64,000 nt of DNA from positions 32,001 to 96,000 of IMG/VR virus record IMGVR_UViG_3300029310_000398; one strand, written 5' to 3'. A program made the translations under genes and the position numbers. The first letter of the stretch is position 1. Each line of letters opens with the position of its first letter. This document shows, in pieces, positions 36,801-42,000 of this stretch. This stretch comes from a virus. Under the pieces are notes generated by a model that saw nothing but the letters and a program-made list of their open reading frames with translations, did not search any database and was not told the DNA's origin.

Positions 36801-39247
36801 GTCAGAGTGAATGTGAGGTTACTCACAACACTATCTTCGGAGGTCTTCGTCACCTGAACAGCTCCAACCTTGAGCTTATTCTGGATAGACACCGAAGTCT
36901 TATTGTTGATGTTTACGGTAACATTAACAGGGTTGACCACCTGATAGTATGCCGGTGTATTGACCTCGGACACAGTATAGCTTCCGATAAGAACATTGGA
37001 GAAGGTTGCAATACCTGAGGCGTTGGTTGTCGCGTACAGGTCAACGGCAGTACCATCAACGGAAGTACCCTGCAGGCGGAAACGCACGTTGGCGATTTTA
37101 CCATCTTCGGAAGCCTTTGTTACCTGCACGGAGCCGCGTGCCAGCTTGTTGCTGACAGTTGCCTGTGTGGTGTTGTTATACTTTACAGTGACGTTCTGTG
37201 CGGACACAGGAGCATACTGTTTACCAGTATTTACCTCGGTCAGCGTATATGTACCGATAAGCACATTTGAGAACGTAGCTACACCGCTGGCATTGGTGGT
37301 AGCTGTCAGATTTACAGCCTGACCGGAAGTGGATGTGCCCTTCAGATTAAACTGAACTCCGCTTACTTTTCCATCTTCGGAGGTCTTTGTGACAGTCACG
37401 TTGCCGCGAGCCAATTTATTTTCGAATGTTTTGCTTACAGACGTATTAGGCGTCGAAAGCGCGAACGTCTGGCTGACAGGGGCTACATATCTTCCGGGCG
37501 TATTTACCTCGGAAAGAACATAGTTGGAACCCAAGGGGACATTGGAGAACGTAGCCTTGCCGTTCGCATCTGTGGTCGCAGACAGATTTACAGCATCTCC
37601 CGCGTAAGATGTTCCCGTCAGTGTAAAAGTGAACCCTTGCAGAACTCCATCTTCCGATGTCTTCGTTACCTGCACGGTACACCGAGACACTTTGTTCTGG
37701 AAGGAGACACTCGCCGTGCCTCCAATCGTAACTGTCGCAGTCTGAACCCGATTCACAGCGTAGTATCCTAACGGCGAAGATTCTGTAATCGTGTAAGTTC
37801 CGGGCTGCAGGTCTGTAATGCTGATTTTGCCGGATGCATTTGTCTTAAAGAGCCGGTTATATCCGTTCGGCCCAGTTACAGTAAAGCTGACGTTAGAAAT
37901 GTTTTTCCCATTTTCAGACGTCTTTGTGATGTCCAAATTACCGGTTGTTTGCGTCACCTTCGCCCGCACATAACAAGTAACGGGGTCAGGCCAACCGTTC
38001 AAAGCAACACAATGCTGCTTGCTTCCTCCCGCAACGAGAAGGTAAGCATTGATGCTGTCGGGGTCAATCACGTTACCATAAGACACATATGAAGCATATC
38101 CATTCAGCAAACTCTTTGCCGCTTCTGATGTTGCTGTTATTGTCAGATTGTATCCAACCTTACTCGTCGACAAACCAGCCAACCCAAATGTGAAATTGTC
38201 AAAATTCGGCAGAACCCTGTTTGAATCATACTTAGTTGCTGTCCACACTGAACCATTCCACGCAAGTTCAATATCTTTTCTGAAATCTGTGGGACGGTAG
38301 ACAGCAAAACTCGGAATCTCTGCCTGCTGGTTAATCTTCTCCCAGATATAATCATGTGCTGCCTTGATAGGTTCAGCAACCTCCGGGTCATAAGCATGAC
38401 CGGGACCCACAAACAGGTCGCTCAGGTCGCTGTAGCCGCCAACGATTTCCCAGATAACCTCCTGCGTAGCACACCACGCATAGGTGCCGTTGCCAGCATA
38501 CCAGAGCAACGTCGAGTCATCTGCGCCACCCCAGCCATAGGCAAGCGCAAGGCGAACTCTATCATCCCCCCAATAGCTGCTGGCATCGACGGAGGTGCCA
38601 GAGCCGGGTGCGCCCTTGTGAGGCTCAATACAGTAAGCTGGCTGTCCATTGAAGAATTTCTCAACAGCACTGGAATAGGGGGCAAACTCGGCCATCCACT
38701 TCCTGTTATAACCCATATCGAGGCCGGTCGTAATAGTTCCCGATGCGCGAGCGGGAGCCCTCCTCGGACCAGAAGAGTTTTGCGGCGAGCCATACAAAGG
38801 CGTAACGCTCACGGGAGTATCTTCACCGGCATAGGGGTCCGAAAGACCTTCTTCATCATCAAAACTCTCACCATCAGGGTTAGATATTTCCAATGAGGAT
38901 TCCGAGTCTGGAGAACTATTGTCCTTCACCTCATCGGGAGACTTACTATCATCCGCTGTACTGTCGCTGCCATCTTGAGAGGATTCCTCGCCACTTCCGA
39001 CAGCATCTTCCGTGTTTCCTTCGCCTTTTTCGTCAGGCACTCCGATAGATACTGTATCTTCTGCCGATGCACCATCACCCCCTTCCACCATACCGACATC
39101 AGCAATTATCTCATTGCCGATGTCGTCCACACCAGTAATCTCCTCCCCCGCAGCAAATGCAGACGTAGGGAGCGTACCGGTCATCATCACAAGCACCAGC
39201 AGCATCGCAACGATACTGCGAAGTTTCTTGAAACGACTAATCTTCAC
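27881..39247 (-). CDS. giant sortase-anchored adhesin (about 3788 aa), paralog of 20469-26099
   Basis: Same architecture as gene 1: signal peptide (M)KISRFKKLRSIVAMLLVLVMMTGTLPTSAFA, AYCIEP / CATQEVIW thioester motifs, about a dozen Cna-B-like repeats and 18 repeats ending (V/A)FE...H.D..D..Q. C-terminal SPKTGD + hydrophobic helix + KRKKNK. I prefer the GTG start at 39247 (GAGGAG 9 nt upstream); the track ATG is at 39307. Confidence 0.95.
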   Translation of the reverse strand: MKISRFKKLRSIVAMLLVLVMMTGTLPTSAFAAGEEITGVDDIGNEIIADVGMVEGGDGASAEDTVSIGVPDEKGEGNTEDAVGSGEESSQDGSDSTADDSKSPDEVKDNSSPDSESSLEISNPDGESFDDEEGLSDPYAGEDTPVSVTPLYGSPQNSSGPRRAPARASGTITTGLDMGYNRKWMAEFAPYSSAVEKFFNGQPAYCIEPHKGAPGSGTSVDASSYWGDDRVRLALAYGWGGADDSTLLWYAGNGTYAWCATQEVIWEIVGGYSDLSDLFVGPGHAYDPEVAEPIKAAHDYIWEKINQQAEIPSFAVYRPTDFRKDIELAWNGSVWTATKYDSNRVLPNFDNFTFGLAGLSTSKVGYNLTITATSEAAKSLLNGYASYVSYGNVIDPDSINAYLLVAGGSKQHCVALNGWPDPVTCYVRAKVTQTTGNLDITKTSENGKNISNVSFTVTGPNGYNRLFKTNASGKISITDLQPGTYTITESSPLGYYAVNRVQTATVTIGGTASVSFQNKVSRCTVQVTKTSEDGVLQGFTFTLTGTSYAGDAVNLSATTDANGKATFSNVPLGSNYVLSEVNTPGRYVAPVSQTFALSTPNTSVSKTFENKLARGNVTVTKTSEDGKVSGVQFNLKGTSTSGQAVNLTATTNASGVATFSNVLIGTYTLTEVNTGKQYAPVSAQNVTVKYNNTTQATVSNKLARGSVQVTKASEDGKIANVRFRLQGTSVDGTAVDLYATTNASGIATFSNVLIGSYTVSEVNTPAYYQVVNPVNVTVNINNKTSVSIQNKLKVGAVQVTKTSEDSVVSNLTFTLTGTSDAGTTVSMTAKTDAKGVATFSNVPIGSKYTVQEANTPARYVVPAVQAGVTVKVNDTTKLSFRNDLARGNLRVTKTSEDGLVSGVKFHLEGTSTSGAKVSLDATTNAQGIAEFKDVLVGNSYVLTEVGTAARYVVPAAQNGITITVGKTTDAAVYNKLARGTVTVTKTAEDGLVSGIKFRLTGTAGNGDTVDMTATTNAKGIATFSDVLIGENYTIQEVGTAEKYIVPDVVSGIVVTLNKTTNANVYNKLARGTVSVTKTSEDGIVEGIKFRLTGTSAQGQAVDMTAVTNAAGVATFENVLVGYNYSLEEVDTAARYVIPAVKDGIDVKLDKTTTASIHNVLKKWSVTVTKRDNETTTAQGNATLKGAVYGLYDGDELVKQYTTDANGKFTTDVYICGDNWTIKEIVPSVGYLLDDSVYHVGAEAKNYVIEINAAPDLGVTERVIKGYIKIFKHSDVGATGLEEALPTGKVTPEVGAEFDVYLKAAGSYANAKTTDRDHIVVGEDGYATTKALPYGTYIIDQTKDFESADMLHGFEVTISENGKTYFYVLNDRPYYASVRIVKLDAMDNTLIPYSGAEFQIYDPDGNLVSLKNGLSTVSTFKTDAEGKLITPEELPFGRGYTLVEVTAPKGYKLDSTPIEFNVDAENTTMEGDKKVIVVTAKDSPVTPEIKTVAKGAAGEKTMEPLTSVTIKDTVSCTDVIPGKTYTVNGYLVLKSTGEPLLDGSGKRITATNTFVAGDNFNGSTELTFTFDASLIAGDAVVVFDTLHRDGVEVASHKDIADADQTVAFYAPEIKTSANNPDGNVKVVDPSVGVSVVDTVSYKHLTPGHKYVLSGQMMDKDTQQPAKDDNGNFIVGETTFTPSTTSGTVDVVFTFDATEIAGVQLVAFEKLYHVAISAEVPVATHEDIDDADQTVTVEAPEITTNAVNAADGTKFLEAQYSVKIKDTVSYEKVVEGHTYLLTGKVFDKTTGEFLKDTAGNDITGTTTFTPTAKTGTVDVEFIFDASELYGHTLVIFEKLSYRGTVLTVHEDDADANQTVKVYNPEIGTTAIDGEGTGKSVDPAKNVVIKDTIAYEHLTIGQEYTITGTVMNKRTGEPVVSGGRTVTVTNTFTPTASKGSTEMIFTFDASGLDGDSLVVYEELYFRASDTTPCAVHKDINDEGQTVAVNTPSIHTTINESISLNNYFEPLNEITITDTVTYTDLVPGHTYKVMGNLVSKDTGDVIRDGNGKLVAGETEFVPTSKDGSVDVTFTLNASILYGQSVIAFESLYYHNTIIAEHKDLTDEKQEAIFFAPELSTKALNDDGNTNLIDPAKGTHIVDTVNYRHLTPDHEYTIIGKLMDKDTGKALLDAKGNEITGKTTFTPERVAGTVNVEFTFDASNMAGKTLVVFEYLYFNKNEEIPAGKHTDINDLKQSLTFNTPEIKTSAKNAEGNSKFFDPKSSVKLIDTVTYSGLSKGHEYTVSGTLMNKQTGAPVLNSNGTPVTGSTTFTARSVNGKVKVEFTFDASQLYGQSLVVFEELAFNGTIIAEHKDFEDDNQTVKINTPSISTSAENTDGGNNLVDAAKKVSITDTVTYSHVTPDHEYTLVGRLMNGETGEELPNTVVSIKFTPKRTFGSVDMTFTLNASQLAGKSVVVFEELFFNEDDTEPCAKHTDLRDEAQTVIVTEPSIGTTMNASPDKNQFFVSSLATVLVDTVNYHNLIPGHTYVAEGRLMDKATGRVLVGGNGEITGKTIFVPTSSDGSVDVYFTFDSSALFGKTVVAFETVFYDGNIIAKHEDINDVDQSATFYMPELSDTTAENGEGGGKFIDAAGNVVIRDTVKYEHLSAKHDYKLRGTLVYQTSGEPVLLNGMPIVVEKSFTAKKAYGSIDMEFTFDATGMQGKDIVVFEELFYEQQSVAVASHKDLDDEGQTVTVAKPTVKTTASNKADGSKMLEPEKKVTILDTVSFTGLIDGHTYKVSGTLMDKATGKPVVDANGDAITVEKTFKAKDASGSIDVEFTFAATGLFGKDLVVFEKIFYNDTEIASHENINDKGQTVQVHNPNITGTTAVGTLDGGKFIDPAANVKITDTVAYEHLSTGHEYTLHGTLMNKETGEPIKNGGAEVVFEQTFTPSATSGSVDMQFTFNASFMKGKDIVVFEEIYFNADDTEPVAVHKDIDDGSQTVSVTNPEVQTVAVNKGDNGKVFEPDTTVTLKDTVFYNNLIVGHKYTVTGTLMDEETGKAIKDIDGNIVTASVEFVPEAACGTVDVEFTFAATELYGKTIVAFEKLLFNGTVIASHEDINDEEQTTTVHNPEIMRTIAVSAVDEGKLIDASETSIINDTVVYRHLSTGHTYTLRSSLVDKTTGEPVLNNGVPVVAEMQFAPESTAGSVVAAIEFDASSVKGRDIVVFEELFFNADDKNPVAAHKDIEDADQTVTVVKSSIKTSAENAADSTKVFEPTADVVLKDTVTYEGLIVGHTYKVVGTLMDKATGKPVENTEGKTITAEATFTPEAESGSVVVEFKFDARTFFGRTLVVFENLYYGNSVVASHKDINDEDQSVDVKAPIIVGTTATNKADGGKLFDPAEKVVLVDTVKYDHLSAAHKYTLVGKLMDKASGEAVNDKDGNPVTASTSFTPDALSGSVGVVFEFDGKALAGKDVVVFEYLFYNEGDETALTTHEDLEDAAQTVTFTNPSVKTSASNASTGKKTFSPYEKAELVDTVTYTGLIPGHEYTLVGTLMEKVKTGDKFEGKAVMDKDNKPLTATATFTPEKADSTTTVSFIFSARSVAGKTLVVYEELFYDNMSIAAHADITDEEQTVTVDRIHYRSGPTMSTTATFANGAKSSGYASRLVIVDTVSYSGLTVGQTYTLVGKLMDSQTGVALRDTNDREVTSTLTFTPKTSDGSVDMKFSFNAGNIKGAKIVVFEEMYVGKDVAGTLYLSHTDINDAGQTVTVTVSPKTGDSGIGIYIAIGAIALGAVVVVVVVSTIKRKKNK
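28000..34800 (-). repeat. tandem coding repeats (18 VaFE/ester-bond modules), approximate bounds
   Basis: Eighteen occurrences of the HxDxxDxxQ-type motif at a period of about 125-130 aa. Confidence 0.7.
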
Positions 39248-39354
39248 AATTTCCAGCTCCTCTCGCAAAGTATTTCTTTCGTCCACGTGCCCGTATTTTG
39301 CCCTCAAAGTCGCTACAGGACAACGGATACGACGGACGAGTGTCTACATTTTCT

Positions 39355-39382
39355 ACACTACCAAAATCCGATATTTTGTCAA
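39355..39382 (-). promoter_or_regulatory. promoter of adhesin gene 2 (TTGACAAAATAT...TGGTAGTGT)
   Basis: Minus strand reads TTGACAAAATATCGGATTTTGGTAGTGT. The AAAATTTGCAGCT box lies 9 nt upstream of the -35. Confidence 0.65.
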
Positions 39383-39467
39383 CTACTTGGGAGCTGCAAA
39401 TTTTCAGCGCTGCGTTAGTCTTCGCAATTCTAAGCGCACATACGTTCTGAACATTGCACAAAAAAAG

Positions 39468-39494
39468 AAAGTGTGCAATCATTGCACACTTTCT
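39468..39494. repeat. palindrome copy 2 (GAAAGTGTGCAATCATTGCACACTTTC), downstream of parB
   Basis: Perfect inverted repeat with A/T flanks. It could act as a bidirectional terminator. An extra half-site CATTGCACA lies 7 nt upstream. Confidence 0.85.
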
Positions 39495-39528
39495 TTACTC
39501 TGTTTTCGGTTATATTTAAGGCAGGAAT

Positions 39529-40797
39529 TTACTCGCCAATCATGGCATCATAGAGCGTTTCGGCCAGAGCCATCAGCAGCTCCTTGTTTCCAGAGCGAAC
39601 GACCTCATTGAGCCGCTGGCGGACCTCATTCTCGTTTCCACCGAGAATCTCAGGTTCATCGAAAACAAAGGTGACTCGAACGCCCTTGCTGGGTGCGGTC
39701 TTAGCTTTACCATCAATGGTAGCCCAAGACAGGCGCTCCTGCGGCCTCACAACGGCAGGCTGAGTAGCGGCTGCGGTATCATCCGCAACGGCATCAGGAG
39801 CGTTTGTAGAGCCCTCCTCGACCTCTGTATCAGGATAGTCGTACCCTACGGTTTCCACGGGGCCAGCATCGTGTGAGGCATCGTGAGAACCACCGCCAGA
39901 AGGTTCGTAGCCTTCGGGATAGCCACCGGAAGACAGCTCGTTGTCACGCACCTCATCAGGCACGGGCTCAGACGCCTGAGGCCTATCCTCAGTGGAAGCT
40001 GCAGGCATCTCCATGGGACGCCCCTCGTAGGTGTAGCGGATAGCCTTGGCATCAACCTCGTTCAGCGTCATGATGGTGTCGGCAGCCATCTTGTCCGCAA
40101 CCTCAGCCTGCTGTTCATCTGTCAGGAAAGAGAGCTGATAGGCCGCCGTGACCGTCATACGCCCCGCATCACAGAGAGACAGCACAGCATCGGAGCAGTC
40201 GTTCAGCTTGATATACATATCCAGCATACGGGCAGAGATACCAAACCTCTTGCACGCCACCTCGCTGGCACGGCCCAATACGGGGTCGTCAGCACTGTCG
40301 TTGGTACGCCGGCCCAGCTTGATGTTCTGCTCCGTCTTGACCGTATCCGTCCACAGCTTAAAAGACCTCGCCTTCTCGGACGGCAGCCACTCAGGACGCT
40401 GGATATTTGTCTCCACCATGATTTTACTTGCGGTCAGATTGTCAATATTGGTGACAAGGCAAGGCACTTCACGGAGCCCCGCATCAGTGCTTGCACTGAA
40501 CCGACGGTGTCCAGCGATGATTTCAAAATCGCCGGCAATGGTCGGATGCGGACGCACAATGAGGGGCACGGTAACGCCGCTGTTGCGGATGCTGTCAACC
40601 ATAGAGTCGTAGTCGCTATTCTTGACCACGAGGAAGGTATGCCCCTCGAACGGATGCAGCTTATTCAGCGCAATGTCCTGCACACGCCGGTCATCGACGC
40701 GCATGGCATCCATAGGGTTGTTGCCGAGCAGGGCGTCCAGCCCGTTGCCCTTGATAGCCGCATTCGCGGCCAGCTTATCTTTCAGCGAATTTGCCAT
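39529..40797 (-). CDS. parB: ParB/Spo0J-family partition protein with a long acidic C-terminal extension
   Basis: ParB N-terminal domain (LHPFEGHTFLV...SIRNSGVTVPLIVRPH...FEIIAGHRRFSA). Overlaps parA by 16 nt. Confidence 0.85.
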   Translation of the reverse strand: MANSLKDKLAANAAIKGNGLDALLGNNPMDAMRVDDRRVQDIALNKLHPFEGHTFLVVKNSDYDSMVDSIRNSGVTVPLIVRPHPTIAGDFEIIAGHRRFSASTDAGLREVPCLVTNIDNLTASKIMVETNIQRPEWLPSEKARSFKLWTDTVKTEQNIKLGRRTNDSADDPVLGRASEVACKRFGISARMLDMYIKLNDCSDAVLSLCDAGRMTVTAAYQLSFLTDEQQAEVADKMAADTIMTLNEVDAKAIRYTYEGRPMEMPAASTEDRPQASEPVPDEVRDNELSSGGYPEGYEPSGGGSHDASHDAGPVETVGYDYPDTEVEEGSTNAPDAVADDTAAATQPAVVRPQERLSWATIDGKAKTAPSKGVRVTFVFDEPEILGGNENEVRQRLNEVVRSGNKELLMALAETLYDAMIGE

Positions 40798-41570
40798 TTC
40801 GAAATGACCTCCTTTGCAACGTCCATATAGAGCTCACCGACACGACTTCCCTTCTTGGCTACACAGGTGCGATGCTCGGTCGGTGCGTCGGATACTTCCT
40901 TGAGGTAGGGAATCATTGTCTCCAGTACCACGCCATCGCCCAGCGCTTCCGTCAGGTCATCCCGCGTAGTCTTCACGTTGCTGCGCCGCGTATCCGCACG
41001 GTTGATGAGGATACCGTCGATGGTCAGCTTGGGGTTCAGAGACTTCTGAATGCTGTCGATGGTACTCAGCAGGTCTGCCAAACCGTTGACAGCATATTCC
41101 TCAGCCTCCACAGGAATGATGATACTGTCCGCAGCAGTCAGAGCATTGGATGTCAGCAGGTCGAGGCTGCCCTTGCAGTCGATAATGCAGACGTCATAGT
41201 CACACTGGCTGCCAACGGCAGAGAGCGCTTTTGCCAGCACACGGTTTCCGTCAGCTACATTCGCCAGAATGGTCGGCGCAGAGGAGAGTGCAGGAGACGC
41301 AGGGATGAAGTCCACCTGCTCCTTTTCGTTGTGCCGAATAAACGAACTCAGGTTGATGGGCATATTGTATGCCGTGAAGTAAATGAGTTCATTGGTCGTA
41401 GTGGGAGTATTGTCTTGCACGAAGCCCAGCGTGTCGGAAAGATTCCGCTGTGGGTCGATGTCTGCCAGCAGCACTTTCTGCCCAAGCCGAGCCAGTGCCG
41501 CGCCCAAGTTCACAGCGGTGGTGGTCTTTCCTACTCCGCCTTTTTGGTTACATACTGCTACGATTCTCAT
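40782..41570 (-). CDS. parA: ParA/Soj-family partition ATPase
   Basis: Deviant Walker A MRIVAVCNQKGGVGKTTTAVNLG, 262 aa. Confidence 0.95.
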   Translation of the reverse strand: MRIVAVCNQKGGVGKTTTAVNLGAALARLGQKVLLADIDPQRNLSDTLGFVQDNTPTTTNELIYFTAYNMPINLSSFIRHNEKEQVDFIPASPALSSAPTILANVADGNRVLAKALSAVGSQCDYDVCIIDCKGSLDLLTSNALTAADSIIIPVEAEEYAVNGLADLLSTIDSIQKSLNPKLTIDGILINRADTRRSNVKTTRDDLTEALGDGVVLETMIPYLKEVSDAPTEHRTCVAKKGSRVGELYMDVAKEVISKWQIR

Positions 41571-41606
41571 ATCGTTTTCATCCTTTCAGGTGTTTTTCTG
41601 TCTCCG

Positions 41607-41633
41607 AAAAGTGTGCAATGATTGCACACTTTT
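41607..41633. repeat. palindrome copy 3 (AAAAGTGTGCAATGATTGCACACTTTT), in the parA leader
   Basis: Perfect 27-nt palindrome, followed by further T residues. Confidence 0.85.
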
Positions 41634-41732
41634 TTTTGCTTGATTTAGGAATGTGTTGACTCCTCCTACCCCTCAAGGAGTGGGCTTGCGGCGGGAAAAG
41701 TTAAATTATTTTGTCATTCAGATAATCCGTAA

Positions 41733-41956
41733 GGTATACAACCCTGTTATTTCAGGGCCCTATATACCTGTAAGAACCCAAGATTTTGGTATACAACCCT
41801 GTTATTTCAGGGCCTTATATACCCGACACAGGCATATTCAGTTCCCCAAAGCGCTGGCGTCACCTCTCACGTAATTACCAGCTAACAGAGTCTTCCTGCT
41901 TCCATGATGACCGTGCATCTCCACAGGCGTAAATTCCGGTTATACCGTCCGTACTC
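41733..41956 (-). repeat. structured element, copy B (full length with a duplicated GAAAUAAC hairpin), upstream of parA
   Basis: Core GAGTACGGACGGTATAACCGGAATTTACGCCTGTGGAGATGCACGGTCATCATGGAAGCAGGAAGAC, a GCTGG...ACGTGAGAGG...CCAGC hairpin, and 2x GGTATA..CCCTGAAATAACAGGG..TATACC. Confidence 0.75.
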
Positions 41957-41971
41957 AGTTTTGGTTTCTTG

Positions 41972-42000
41972 GAAAAGTGTGCAATGATTGCACACTTTTC
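41972..42000. repeat. palindrome copy 4 (GAAAAGTGTGCAATGATTGCACACTTTTC), abutting the stop of the vWA gene
   Basis: Perfect 29-nt palindrome. Confidence 0.85.

Noticed and set aside
41900-41960. Known RNA classes for the repeated element: TwoAYGGAY motif, class C group II intron inserted after a terminator, hammerhead ribozyme, integron attC
   Set aside because: AYGGAY hexamers occur (ACGGAC, ATGGAT), but the second is not conserved and they fall in stems rather than loops. There is no GUGYG 5' end, domain V or intron-size sequence. The CUGAUGA-like string is present in only one copy. The palindrome lacks the RYYYAAC/GTTRRRY attC ends, and no integrase is nearby.
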